Assembly: GCA_038746285.1 (NCBI GenBank)
Contig: JBCDKT010000003.1
Coordinates: 80,003 to 144,002, forward strand
Source: Bacteroidota bacterium
Lineage (GTDB): Bacteria > Bacteroidota > Rhodothermia > Rhodothermales > JANQRZ01
Direction: 5' to 3'
DNA length: 64,000 nucleotides
Shown here: piece after piece, positions 26,237 through 35,515 of the stretch
Layout: every line of letters starts with the position of its first letter
Position numbering within the stretch: the first letter of the stretch is position 1
Translations under genes and position numbers: made by a program
The notes under the pieces: model-generated
Database searches by the model: none
Seen by the model: the letters and a program-made list of their open reading frames with translations, nothing else
What the model was told of the DNA's origin: nothing

Positions 26237-27091
26237 ATGTCTACGTCTCACGGCCTCCTCAGCGCCAAGCACGGCGTCATCTTCGGCGCGCTTGACGAGC
26301 GCAGCCTCGCCTGGAAAATCGCCGATGCCTGCCGCCGCGAGGGGGCGACGTTCGTCCTCTCCAACGCACCGGTCACCAAGCGCTTCGGGAGCCTCGACGC
26401 GCTCGCCGAGCAGACTGGCAGCCCGGTCGTCTACGCCGACGCCCAGAAAGACGAGGACCTCGAGGCGCTCTTCGACCAGGTCAAGAGCGAGCACGGGCCG
26501 GTCGACTTCGTCGTGCACTCCATCGGGATGGGCGTCAACGTGCGCAAGAACAAGCCCTACGAAGCGCTCAACCACGACTGGTACCTCAAGACGCTCGACA
26601 TCTCGGCGGCGTCCCTCCACCGGGTCGTGCAGGCCGGGCTGAAGCAGGAGGCCCTTGCCGATGGCGGCTCGATCGTCGCGCTCTCCTACATCGGCGCGCA
26701 GCGGGTCTTCTCGAAGTACTCCGAGATGGGTGACGCGAAAGCGCTGCTGGAGAGCATCGTCCGCTCCTTCGGCTACCGGCTCGGCAAGCGTGGCATCCGC
26801 ATCAACTCCGTCAGCCAGAGCCCGACGCGCACCACGGCCGGCGGCGGCATCAACGGCTTCGACGCCATGTTCGACTTCGCCGACCAACTCTCCCCGCTCG
26901 GCAACGCCGACGCCGAGAGCTGCGCCGACTACGTCGTCACGCTCCTGAGCGACTACGCGCGGATGGTGACGATGCAGAACCTCTTCCACGACGGCGGCTT
27001 CTCCTCGATGGGCATCTCGGACCGGACCGTCGAGTTGCTCGCCGACGTGCTCGGCGGGGAAAAGGATGGGCGTGGAGAGCAGGGAGAGTGA
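26237..27091 (+). CDS. fabI: Enoyl-[acyl-carrier-protein] reductase, Bacteroidetes-type FabI
   Basis: ORF track 284 aa. GVIFGALDERSLAWKIA, VVHSIGMG, ALSYIGAQRV, AKALLES, MQNLFHDGGFSSMG. Confidence 0.82.
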   Translation: MSTSHGLLSAKHGVIFGALDERSLAWKIADACRREGATFVLSNAPVTKRFGSLDALAEQTGSPVVYADAQKDEDLEALFDQVKSEHGPVDFVVHSIGMGVNVRKNKPYEALNHDWYLKTLDISAASLHRVVQAGLKQEALADGGSIVALSYIGAQRVFSKYSEMGDAKALLESIVRSFGYRLGKRGIRINSVSQSPTRTTAGGGINGFDAMFDFADQLSPLGNADAESCADYVVTLLSDYARMVTMQNLFHDGGFSSMGISDRTVELLADVLGGEKDGRGEQGE

Positions 27092-27163
27092 GGAGGGATC
27101 TCCGACTCTGACCTGGGCGCTTCTTTCCATTCCCTCCCTGCCCTCCACGTCCGACTAGCTTCC

Positions 27164-27922
27164 ATGATTCGCCTCTTCCTCGCCGACATCGACGGCTGCC
27201 TCGCGGCCCCCTACGAAGCGTACGACCTCGCCGGCTTCCGGCAGTTCGCCGAGGCGGGCCGCCGCGCCGAGACCGACCCGGTCTACCCGCGCGTCGGCAT
27301 CTGCTCCGGGCGGTCCTACGCCTACGTCGAGGCCGTCGCGCAGGCGCTCGACCTGCGCGGCCCGGCCCTGTTCGAGAGCGGCGGCGGCCGCTTCGACCTT
27401 CAGACGGCGAGCATTCGGTGGAGCCCGCTGCTGACGCCCGAGGTCGAGGACGCCCTCGGCGCGGTGCGCAGCTACTTCCACCGCGACCTCCTCCCCGGCT
27501 CTAGGCTGTCGTTCGACTACGGCAAGCGCGCCCAGGTCGGCGTCATCGGGACCGACCAGGACGAGATCGAGCGCTGCTTCGCCGAGGTGGACCGCTTCGT
27601 GTCGGCGCACCACCCGAGCCTGATCGTCCACCCGACGCACGTCTCCATCGATGTCCTTCCGCGCGCGCTCACGAAGCGCGTTGCGGTCGAGACCGTCGCA
27701 GAAGAGGAGGGACTATCCATCGGCGAGGTGGCCTTCATCGGCGACACCCAGGGCGACATCGGGGCGCTGCAGGCCGTCGGGTTCTCGTTTGCGCCGCAGA
27801 ACGCCACGCCCGCGACGAAGGCGGCAGCGCGGGTCGTAACGGAGGGCGCGGTGCTCGACGGGACGCTCGAAGCCTACCGCTGGTGCCTCCGTCACAATGA
27901 GGCGCAGGCCGACGCGGCTTAA
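27164..27922 (+). CDS. HAD-superfamily (IIB-like) hydrolase
   Basis: ORF track 252 aa. Motif I FLADIDGCL, C-terminal FIGDTQGD. Confidence 0.7.
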   Translation: MIRLFLADIDGCLAAPYEAYDLAGFRQFAEAGRRAETDPVYPRVGICSGRSYAYVEAVAQALDLRGPALFESGGGRFDLQTASIRWSPLLTPEVEDALGAVRSYFHRDLLPGSRLSFDYGKRAQVGVIGTDQDEIERCFAEVDRFVSAHHPSLIVHPTHVSIDVLPRALTKRVAVETVAEEEGLSIGEVAFIGDTQGDIGALQAVGFSFAPQNATPATKAAARVVTEGAVLDGTLEAYRWCLRHNEAQADAA

Positions 27923-28052
27923 CGGTCGGTACGTGGTGGACGAGGTTCAGGTATGCCCAGAACGGGCGACCTGCCACACCTTCTCTCACCCGCTTCAGCC
28001 TCTCCGCTCGTCCGCTCTTTATATTCGGCCTCCGCCACGCGCCGCCCGCCCG

Positions 28053-28847
28053 ATGTTGCGTTCGCTTGTCTTCCTCTTCTGCTGCTTCGCGGAAAGCGCC
28101 CACGCGCAGCCGTCGGACGCGGTCGCACCCGAGCCCGTGGCGACGGCACCGAGCAGTGCCTCGCCGGACCGCGCGGTGCCCGCCGATGAGGCACCGATAT
28201 TCTACGTCGTCCGCGAGCGCCCGCGCGTGTTCAGCGCGCCCGACTCGTCCCGCGCCTTCGCCCGGCTCGACTTCCGCGAGGGCGTCCGCGTGATCGAGCA
28301 GCGCGGCGCGTGGAGCCGCATCGTCGGCGAGGAGACGGTCGGATGGGTGGCGTCCGCCGCGCTCTCCAACGTCTGGGTGATGGTCGACAAAGCCAGCCGC
28401 AACCTCTACGTCTACCGCGGTGCCGAGGTCGTGCGCCGCCTCCCGGCCGACGTGTCGCAGAACCCCGACGACGACAAGGTCCGCCGGGCCGACCTCGGCG
28501 AGCGCGACCACTACCGCATTCCCGAGGGCTCGTTCTTCATCACCTCGAAGAATCTCAACAGCCAGTACTACCGCTCGCTCATGCTGAGCTACCCCAACGC
28601 CGAGGACGCCGCGCGCGGGCTGGAGGCCGAGCTGATCTCCGAGCGCGAGCATGACCGGATCGTGGAGGCCGCCGAGGACTTCCGCACGCCGCCAATGGGG
28701 ACCAAGCTCGGCGGGGCGATTGCGATTCACGGCCAGGGGTCCGGGCGGCAGCGGGCGTGGACGCGCGGCTGCGTCGCCCTGCGCGACGTGCACCTCGACG
28801 CGATCTGGGACCTCGTCGAGGTTGGCACACCGGTCCTGATCCAGTGA
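28053..28847 (+). CDS. L,D-transpeptidase (YkuD) with N-terminal SH3-like domain
   Basis: In-frame ATG 28053 of ORF 27897..28847 gives a signal peptide. SH3-like VRVIEQRGAWSRIVGEETVGWV. Catalytic IHGQGSG...TRGCVALRD. Confidence 0.78.
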   Translation: MLRSLVFLFCCFAESAHAQPSDAVAPEPVATAPSSASPDRAVPADEAPIFYVVRERPRVFSAPDSSRAFARLDFREGVRVIEQRGAWSRIVGEETVGWVASAALSNVWVMVDKASRNLYVYRGAEVVRRLPADVSQNPDDDKVRRADLGERDHYRIPEGSFFITSKNLNSQYYRSLMLSYPNAEDAARGLEAELISEREHDRIVEAAEDFRTPPMGTKLGGAIAIHGQGSGRQRAWTRGCVALRDVHLDAIWDLVEVGTPVLIQ

Positions 28848-28910
28848 GAAGGCGCTGAATCTTACAGCGCGCGGATCGCGTACAGGAGCCCCATCCTGTC
28901 CTGCAACGCC

Positions 28911-30293
28911 ATGATCCGTCTGATCTGCTTTCTCACGCTCGCTTTGACTGCTGCTCCTGCTGTAGTGGCACAGGGCGCGCCCGCGGGCGACGAACGCATC
29001 GCTGCCGTCGCCGACTCGCTCGGGACGGGCGACGTGTTCGTCGTCCCGGTCCAGGGGATGATTGACGCGGCGCTCGCCAACTACATCGACCGGGCGCTTG
29101 AAGACGCGGCCGAAGCTGAGGCCGCGCTCGTGCTCTTCGACATCGACACGTTTGGGGGGCTTGTCGATGCCGCCGACCAGATCCGCTCGGCGATCCTCCA
29201 CAGCGAGATCCCGACGGTCGCCTTCATCGACCCGAACGCGGCCAGCGTGGGGGCGCTGATCTCGTACGCCAACGACGTGATCGTGATGGCCCCCGGCGCG
29301 TCGATGGGCGCGGCGACGGTCGTGGACGGGGCGGGGACGAAGGCGTCGGAGAAGATGCAGAGCTACATGCGCGGGCTGATGCGCGCCACGGCCGAGGCGG
29401 GCGGGCGCGACCCCGAGATCGCCGAGGCGATGGTGGACGAGACGCTGGAAGTCGACGGCGTGGTCGAGGAGGGCACGCTCCTCACGCTCTCGGCGAGCGA
29501 GGCCGAGCGCCTCGGCGTCGCCGACGCCGTCCTCGGCACGAAGGACGACGTCCTGGCGGCCCTGGGCGCAGCCGACCGGCCCCGCGTCGAGCACCAGGCC
29601 TCGACGGCCGAGCGGGTGCTCCGCTTCCTCGGAGCCCCGGTCATGGCCTCGATCCTGATGATGATGATGCTAGGCGGGCTGTACTTCGAACTCCAGACGC
29701 CGGGCGTCGGGTTCGCCGGGGCGATGTCGGCCGTCGGGGCAGCGCTGTTCTTCGCGCCGCACTACATGCTCGGCCTCGTGCAGAGCTGGGAGATCGCGCT
29801 CTTCGGCCTCGGGGTGCTGCTGCTTTTGATCGAAGTGTTCGTCATCCCCGGCTTCGGCGTGGCCGGTATCATGGGTCTCCTGCTAACTCTCTTCTCACTT
29901 GGCGCAGCGCTCATCGGCAACGTCGGCCTCCAGTTCCCCTCCGGCGGAGCGATCACCCAGGCCATCCTGACGCTCGCTGGGACGCTCATTCTCGTGATGA
30001 TCTTCGGCTACTCCGTCGGGCGCTACCTGCCGAAGTCGGAGCGGTTCGGGCACCTCGTCCTCGCGCCCGAACTCGGCAGCGCGGCTGGCTACATCGCGGC
30101 CGACTCGGACGACACGCTCCTCGGCCAGGTCGGCGTGGCGCTGACGACGCTGCGCCCGGCCGGCATGGCCGAGATCGACGGGCGGCGCGTAGACGTGGTC
30201 TCGCAGAGCACGTTCGTGCCGCAGGGGGAGCACGTCGAGGTCGTCAGCGTGCGCGGGAGCCGGGTCGAGGTGCGCCCGGCGCGCGCGTCGTAG
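28911..30293 (+). CDS. NfeD-family membrane-bound ClpP-class serine protease (long form)
   Basis: ORF track 460 aa. Signal peptide, ClpP-like VVPVQGMIDAALANYIDRAL...TFGGLVDAA...AASVGALI, 4-5 TM helices, C-terminal OB domain (LRPAGMAEIDGRRVDVVSQ). Confidence 0.8.
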   Translation: MIRLICFLTLALTAAPAVVAQGAPAGDERIAAVADSLGTGDVFVVPVQGMIDAALANYIDRALEDAAEAEAALVLFDIDTFGGLVDAADQIRSAILHSEIPTVAFIDPNAASVGALISYANDVIVMAPGASMGAATVVDGAGTKASEKMQSYMRGLMRATAEAGGRDPEIAEAMVDETLEVDGVVEEGTLLTLSASEAERLGVADAVLGTKDDVLAALGAADRPRVEHQASTAERVLRFLGAPVMASILMMMMLGGLYFELQTPGVGFAGAMSAVGAALFFAPHYMLGLVQSWEIALFGLGVLLLLIEVFVIPGFGVAGIMGLLLTLFSLGAALIGNVGLQFPSGGAITQAILTLAGTLILVMIFGYSVGRYLPKSERFGHLVLAPELGSAAGYIAADSDDTLLGQVGVALTTLRPAGMAEIDGRRVDVVSQSTFVPQGEHVEVVSVRGSRVEVRPARAS

Positions 30294-30336
30294 CTCGGCC
30301 GACTTCCATTCCAACGACTAACGCGCGGCCTTCCCG

Positions 30337-30843
30337 GTGGAATTTCTGATCCCGCTCCTCCTCGTGCTCGTCGGCCTCGGCCTGATCGCGGTCGAGGTCT
30401 ACGTCGTGCCGGGGTTTGGCGCGGTCGGCATCGGGGGCGGGCTGGCGATCGTCGCGGGCGTGGTCTACGCCTTCGTGACGCTGGGGCCGGCGGGCGGCGT
30501 GCTCGCCGCGCTGGGCTCGGTCGGGGCCGGGGCCGGGCTGTTCTACTTCTTCTGGCAGACCGGCGCGTGGGACCGCTTCGTCCTCGCCGCCGACCTGCGG
30601 CGCGACAAAGACGCCGACGCGCGCGAGCACGATACCCGCTCGCGCTACCTCGGCCGCGACGCGGTCGCGGTGACGCCGCTGCGGCCGGGCGGGATCGTCG
30701 AGATCGACGGCGAGCGCGTCGAGGTGCAGACCGAGGGCGAGTTCATCGCCTCGGGCAGCACCGTCCGCGTCGTGGCGATGGACCGGCGGCGCTTCTTCGT
30801 CCGCCTCGCCGACGCCCTGCCTGAGGCTGGGGCGGACCGGTAG
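30337..30843 (+). CDS. NfeD-family protein (short form: membrane + OB domain)
   Basis: ORF track 168 aa (GTG start). TM helices, then TPLRPGGIVEIDGERVEVQTEGEFIASGSTVRVVAMD. Confidence 0.7.
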   Translation: MEFLIPLLLVLVGLGLIAVEVYVVPGFGAVGIGGGLAIVAGVVYAFVTLGPAGGVLAALGSVGAGAGLFYFFWQTGAWDRFVLAADLRRDKDADAREHDTRSRYLGRDAVAVTPLRPGGIVEIDGERVEVQTEGEFIASGSTVRVVAMDRRRFFVRLADALPEAGADR

Positions 30844-30896
30844 GTCTGAAGCGAGGCGTATTTTGCGCGTGTCCTCACCCACGTAACCGCGCCGCC

Positions 30897-31547
30897 ATGT
30901 TCCGCCTCGCCCTCCTCGTTCTCGCCCTCGCCTTCTTCACCGGCTGCGGCGGCAGCGAACCGGTAGACCTCGGGCCGCCGCCCGGCTGGAACGCCGACGG
31001 GATGCGCTGGTGGCAGGACGGCGTGGACACGACCGTCGCCTTCCGCGACCTCGAAACCTTCGAGGCGATGGCCCTCAGCGAGCGGCCCGACGGCAAGCGC
31101 ACCGAGAGCCCGACGCACCGCAACGTGCAGCAGAAGTTCATCGCGCTCTACCGCAACGCGCCCGAGTTCGTGGACTCGCTCTTCACCGAGATCGCCGTGC
31201 CGCTGATCGACGCGCGGGGGCAGGACGAAAACCGCGACGCCCTCGAGCGCGACATCAACCGGGAGTTGGGCAAGGTCTTCTTCTTCCCCCGGCCCGCGCC
31301 GAGCGACGTGGCGATCACCTACCCCGACAGCCTCCGGCAGGCCGGCATCGGTGGGGCCGTGAAGATGCAGGTCTACCTCAGCGAAGACGGCGCACCGCTA
31401 GCCATCAAGCTCGTCGACCCGGTCCACCCAACGCTCGACGCGGTGGCAATGCGGGCGACGGCGCAGAAGACCTGGCAGCCCGCCGCGAGCCGGGGCGAGA
31501 CGATGCGCTCCTACGTCCGCAGCGTGCTCAACTTCACCACGGGTTAG
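30897..31547 (+). CDS. Lipoprotein with TonB C-terminal-like domain
   Basis: ORF track 216 aa. Lipobox FFTGC. C-terminal YPDSLRQAGIGGAVKMQVYLSEDGAPLAIKLV... Confidence 0.55.
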   Translation: MFRLALLVLALAFFTGCGGSEPVDLGPPPGWNADGMRWWQDGVDTTVAFRDLETFEAMALSERPDGKRTESPTHRNVQQKFIALYRNAPEFVDSLFTEIAVPLIDARGQDENRDALERDINRELGKVFFFPRPAPSDVAITYPDSLRQAGIGGAVKMQVYLSEDGAPLAIKLVDPVHPTLDAVAMRATAQKTWQPAASRGETMRSYVRSVLNFTTG

Positions 31548-31554
31548 GTCCGCA

Positions 31555-32838
31555 ATGGAGCGAGCTGATGTAGTCGTCGTCGGGGCTGGGGCGGCGGGGC
31601 TGATGGCGGGCATTTTCGCCGGGCGCTCCGGCGCGGGGCGCGTCGTGCTCCTCGACGGGGCGCGGAAGCTCGGGGCGAAGATCCTTGTCGCGGGCGGCGG
31701 GCGCTGCAACGTGACCCACCACGCCGTCAATGCCCGCGCCTACGCAGGCTCCACTCGGGGTGCGATCAAAAAGGTGCTCCGCCGGTTCGACGTGCCCGCG
31801 ACGGTTGACTTCTTCGCCGACCTCGGCGTGGACCTCAAGCGCGAGGAGACCGGCAAGCTCTTCCCGACGACCGACAGCGCGAAGACCGTCCTGGGCGCGC
31901 TCCTGCGGGCGAACCACGAGGCGGGCGTCGAGGTCCGGCACCCGCGCCGCGTCGAGACGGTCGAACCGGCTGGCGACGGGTTCCGGGTGATGGGGGAGTG
32001 GGGTGAGATTGAGGCCGCGCGCGTCGTCCTCGCCACCGGCGGCAAGAGCCTCCCCAAGAGCGGGTCCGACGGGCACGGCTACCGCATCGCCGAGACGCTC
32101 GGGCACACCGTCACGCGGCGCGTCTTCCCGGCCCTCGTCCCGCTCACCCTACCCGCCGGCCACCCGCTCTGCGCGCTCAGCGGCGTCACCGTCCCCGCCA
32201 CGATCCAGCTCCGCAGCGCGACCGGCAAGAAAGGCAAGGCGTTCACCGACTCGACCCTCCTCACCCACTTCGGGCTGAGCGGCCCGTCCGTCCTCGACCT
32301 GAGCCGCTACTGGCTCGACGCCCGCGAGGACGACGAGGGCGCGCACGTCACCGTCGACTGGCTCCCCGGCACCGCGCCGGCCGCGCTCGACGCGGACTTC
32401 CAGGCGCTCGGCACGACGGTCCTCCGCTTTCTCCGCGAGCGCCTCCCCGAGCGCCTTGCCCGCGCGCTCCTCGACGAAGCCGGCGTCGGTCCCGAAACGA
32501 CCGGCGACACCCTCACCCGCGCCGACCGGCGGGCGCTCGTCGAGGCCGTGACCGCGCTCCGCCTCCCGCTCACCGGCGACCGGGGCTACCGCTACGCCGA
32601 GGTCACCGCCGGGGGCGTCCCGCTCGCCGAACTGGACCTCGGCACGATGGCTTCGCGCTGCACGCCGGGGCTTTACCTCTGCGGCGAGGTCTGCGACGTG
32701 GACGGCCGCATCGGCGGGTTCAACTTCCAGTGGGCCTGGGCGAGCGGCCATGTCGCCGGAACCGCACTGGGCCAGACGCTGAGCGCTCGCCGTGCCCACG
32801 TCAACTCTCAGCGAAGCCCTGCTCAGGCCCTCTCCTAG
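31555..32838 (+). CDS. NAD(P)/FAD-dependent oxidoreductase, HI0933/BaiN family
   Basis: ORF track 427 aa. DVVVVGAGAAGLMAG, KILVAGGGRCNVTH, C-terminal LYLCGEVCDVDGRIGGFNFQWAWASG. Confidence 0.85.
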   Translation: MERADVVVVGAGAAGLMAGIFAGRSGAGRVVLLDGARKLGAKILVAGGGRCNVTHHAVNARAYAGSTRGAIKKVLRRFDVPATVDFFADLGVDLKREETGKLFPTTDSAKTVLGALLRANHEAGVEVRHPRRVETVEPAGDGFRVMGEWGEIEAARVVLATGGKSLPKSGSDGHGYRIAETLGHTVTRRVFPALVPLTLPAGHPLCALSGVTVPATIQLRSATGKKGKAFTDSTLLTHFGLSGPSVLDLSRYWLDAREDDEGAHVTVDWLPGTAPAALDADFQALGTTVLRFLRERLPERLARALLDEAGVGPETTGDTLTRADRRALVEAVTALRLPLTGDRGYRYAEVTAGGVPLAELDLGTMASRCTPGLYLCGEVCDVDGRIGGFNFQWAWASGHVAGTALGQTLSARRAHVNSQRSPAQALS

Positions 32839-32887
32839 CACACTTGCTATAGGGGAAACCCCGTTGTATTTTGTAGGGCCTGGGGAA

Positions 32888-32921
32888 ACGGCTTAGTGCC
32901 CTCCCGGAAGGGCCGTTTTTT
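32888..32921 (+). terminator. Putative intrinsic terminator
   Basis: ACGG...CCCT-CCCGGA-AGGG-CCGT followed by TTTTTT. An interrupted 8-bp stem. Confidence 0.45.
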
Positions 32922-32947
32922 CCGTACTACAAACTTGGGTGAGACGC

Positions 32948-33136
32948 ATGGGCAAGCAGCGCATGGAGCAAAACTGGGAGCGTGTCCGCACGCAGATCTT
33001 CGCCGTATGGGGCGAGATCGACGACAAGGAGCTGAAAAAGGCGCGCGGCAACCTCAACAAGATGGTCAACCTCATCCACGAGAAGACCGGCGAGGACCGC
33101 ACCCTCATCATGCAGAAGATGAGCGCCGTCATCTGA
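32948..33136 (+). CDS. CsbD-family general stress protein
   Basis: Track ORF 32939..33136; the ATG at 32948 or 32963 is more likely. NWERVRTQIFAVWGEIDDKELKKARGNLNKMVNLIHEKTG matches the CsbD pattern. Confidence 0.7.
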   Translation: MGKQRMEQNWERVRTQIFAVWGEIDDKELKKARGNLNKMVNLIHEKTGEDRTLIMQKMSAVI

Positions 33137-33158
33137 CGCTGCCTCCCGCTCGATACCG

Positions 33159-33191
33159 GGTCCGGCCTCCCCAGGCTGGACCTTTTCTTTT
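33159..33191 (+). terminator. Rho-independent terminator after csbD-like gene
   Basis: GGTCCGGCC-TCCCCA-GGCTGGACC (9-bp stem, one G.U pair) followed by TTTTCTTTT. Confidence 0.7.
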
Positions 33192-33263
33192 GGCCCCGGG
33201 ATCGCTACTTTCGGCCCACTCCTTTCGGTTCAGCCGCTCCCTTCTCCGAACGCTCCGCACCCT

Positions 33264-34949
33264 ATGCCCGACGTCGTCTCCACTCTCGGCACTCCAGCGT
33301 CCGATCACGCGAAGTTCGACGCGCGCGCGGAGCACGCCCGCGCCCTGCTCGGCGAGCTGGAAGCGCACGCCAGCCAGGTCCGGCTCGGCGGCGGGCAGAA
33401 GCGGATCGACCGCGAGCACAGCCGGGGCAAGCTGACCGCCCGCGAGCGCATCGCCGCGCTCGTCGACGAGGGCACCGATTTTATGGAACTCGGCCTCTTC
33501 ACCGGGTGGGGGATGTACGAGGCCGAGGGCGGCTGCCCGTCCGGCGGGACGGTGATGGGGCTGGGGCGCGTCCACGGCCGCCTCTGCGTCCTCGTCGCGA
33601 ATGACGCCACCGTCAAGGCCGGGGCGTGGTTTCCGATCACGGCCAAGAAGAACCTCCGCGCCCAGGAGATCGCCATCGAGAACCGCCTGCCGATCGTCTA
33701 CCTCGTGGACTCGGCCGGCGTCTACCTCCCGATGCAGGACCAGATCTTCCCCGACAAGGAACACTTCGGGCGCATCTTCCGCAACAACGCCCGGATGTCC
33801 TCGATGGGCATCCCGCAGATCGCGGCGATCATGGGGAGCTGCGTCGCGGGCGGGGCCTACCTCCCGATCATGTCTGACGAGGCCCTCATCGTCGACGGCA
33901 CCGGGTCGGTCTTCCTCGCCGGGCCGTTCCTCGTCAAGGCCGCCATCGGCGAGACGACCGACAACGAGACGCTCGGCGGGGCGGCGACGCATTCCGAGAT
34001 CTCGGGCGTCACCGACTACAAGATGCCCGACGACGAGACCTGCCTTGCGACGATCCGCGACCTCGTCTCCCACCTCGGGGCGCGCGCCCGCGCCGGGTTC
34101 GACCGCGCCGAGGCTGTGCCGCCGGCCTTCGCCCCGGCGGAACTCTACGGCGTGATGCCCGAGAGCCGCCAGGTTCCCTACGACGTGCGCGACGTCCTCG
34201 CCCGGATCATCGACGCCGGCAGTTGGACCGAATACAAAGAGCAGTACGGCCAGACGCTCCTCTGCGGCTACGCCCGGATCGACGGGTGGAGCGTCGGCAT
34301 CGTCGCCAGCCAGCGCCTTGTGGTGATGGCGAAGCAGGGCAAGAAGGCGCACACGAACGAGATGCAGGCGGGCGGTGTGATCTACTCCGACTCCGCCGAC
34401 AAGGCCGCGCGGTTCATCATGAACTGCAACCAGAAGAAGATCCCGCTCGTGTTCCTCCAGGACGTGACCGGCTTCATGGTCGGCAACCGGAGCGAGCATG
34501 GGGGCATCATCAAGGACGGCGCGAAGATGGTCAACGCCGTCGCCAACTCCGTCGTCCCGAAGTTCACCGTCATCATCGGCAACTCGTACGGCGCGGGCAA
34601 CTACGCGCTCTGCGGCAAGGCCTACGACCCACGCCTGATCCTGGCGTGGCCGACGGCGCAGATCGCGGTGATGGGCGGCAAGCAGGCGGCGAAGACGCTG
34701 CTCCAGATCGAGATCGGCACGCGCAAGCGGAAGGGGGAGACGGTGTCTGAAGAGGAGCAGGCAGCCCTGCTCGAGGAGATGACGGCGCGCTACGAGGCCC
34801 AGACCTCGCCCTACTACGCCGCGGCCCGGCTGTGGGTGGACGAGATCATCGATCCGGCTGCGACCCGGCAGTGGCTCGCCACCGGCATCGAGATGGCCGA
34901 CCACAACCCGCACGTCCCCCGCTTCAACCCCGGCGTGCTTCAGACGTGA
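33264..34949 (+). CDS. Acyl-CoA carboxylase carboxyltransferase subunit (methylcrotonyl-/propionyl-CoA carboxylase beta-like)
   Basis: ORF track 561 aa. GGGQKRIDREHSRGKLTARERI, ANDATVKAGAW, VYLVDSAG, MGSCVAGGAY, FLQDVTGFMVG. Confidence 0.9.
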   Translation: MPDVVSTLGTPASDHAKFDARAEHARALLGELEAHASQVRLGGGQKRIDREHSRGKLTARERIAALVDEGTDFMELGLFTGWGMYEAEGGCPSGGTVMGLGRVHGRLCVLVANDATVKAGAWFPITAKKNLRAQEIAIENRLPIVYLVDSAGVYLPMQDQIFPDKEHFGRIFRNNARMSSMGIPQIAAIMGSCVAGGAYLPIMSDEALIVDGTGSVFLAGPFLVKAAIGETTDNETLGGAATHSEISGVTDYKMPDDETCLATIRDLVSHLGARARAGFDRAEAVPPAFAPAELYGVMPESRQVPYDVRDVLARIIDAGSWTEYKEQYGQTLLCGYARIDGWSVGIVASQRLVVMAKQGKKAHTNEMQAGGVIYSDSADKAARFIMNCNQKKIPLVFLQDVTGFMVGNRSEHGGIIKDGAKMVNAVANSVVPKFTVIIGNSYGAGNYALCGKAYDPRLILAWPTAQIAVMGGKQAAKTLLQIEIGTRKRKGETVSEEEQAALLEEMTARYEAQTSPYYAAARLWVDEIIDPAATRQWLATGIEMADHNPHVPRFNPGVLQT

Positions 34950-34951
34950 GG
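34873..34951 (+). repeat. 79-bp direct repeat, copy A (functional 3' end of the carboxyltransferase gene)
   Basis: GGCTCGCCACCGGCATCGAGATGGCCGACCACAACCCGCACG...CGCTTCAACCCCGGCGTGCT(T/C)CAGACGTGAGG. 73 of 79 identical to 35516-35594 by hand count. Confidence 0.85.
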
Positions 34952-35017
34952 CTGGTAGACCGAAACTAGTACGCGCCCCGGTCGGTAACCCTGGCAAGAA
35001 CTCAGACGGACCAGATT

Positions 35018-35290
35018 ATGGAGACGCAGTACGTCCTCACGCAGTACCTCGACGCGGCGATGGCAGGAGCCGAGTACGACAAGCTGGACGAAGGCTCTTT
35101 CGGCGGGCGGATCCCGGAATGCCAGGGTGTCGTGGCCTTCGGTGAGACCTTGCGCGTGTGCCAGGAAGAGCTACGCTCGACGCTCGAAGACTGGCTCCTG
35201 GTTGGGCTGAAGCTCGGCCATGCGCTGCCCATCGTCGGCGGCATCGACCTCAACGCGGACCCGACGCATGAGCAGGTGAACCCCGTGTAA
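35018..35290 (+). CDS. hicB: HicB-family (UPF0150-like) antitoxin
   Basis: ORF track 90 aa. ...EYDKLDEGSFGGRIPECQGVVAFGETLRVCQEELRSTLEDWLLVGLKLGHALP matches the HicB N-terminal domain pattern. Confidence 0.68.
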   Translation: METQYVLTQYLDAAMAGAEYDKLDEGSFGGRIPECQGVVAFGETLRVCQEELRSTLEDWLLVGLKLGHALPIVGGIDLNADPTHEQVNPV

Positions 35291-35501
35291 GCGCCGCGTC
35301 TTCGTCAAACGGCTCCGGCGGCTCGGGTTTGAGGGGCCGTTCTCGGGGACCAGGCACCAGTTCATGGTCTACGACCGGCACCGGCTCGCCATCCCGTCGA
35401 ACCAGGAGTATTCCGTTCCGCAGCTTCGGATGATGCTCCGCGAGGTAGAGACGCTGCTTGGGCGGAGGGTGCAAGCGGCAGAGTGGAACAGCCTCGCATA
35501 A
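35280..35501 (+). pseudogene. hicA: HicA/YcfA-like toxin reading frame without a canonical start codon
   Basis: Own translation of the open frame: TPCKRRVFVKRLRRLGFEGPFSGTRHQFMVYDRHRLAIPSNQEYSVPQLRMMLREVETLLGRRVQAAEWNSLA*. There is no ATG/GTG/TTG/CTG before ATG 35364, which would delete the first helix and strand. An upstream TGA sits at 35277-35279. Confidence 0.45.
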
Positions 35502-35515
35502 CCCGGTCCAACGAG

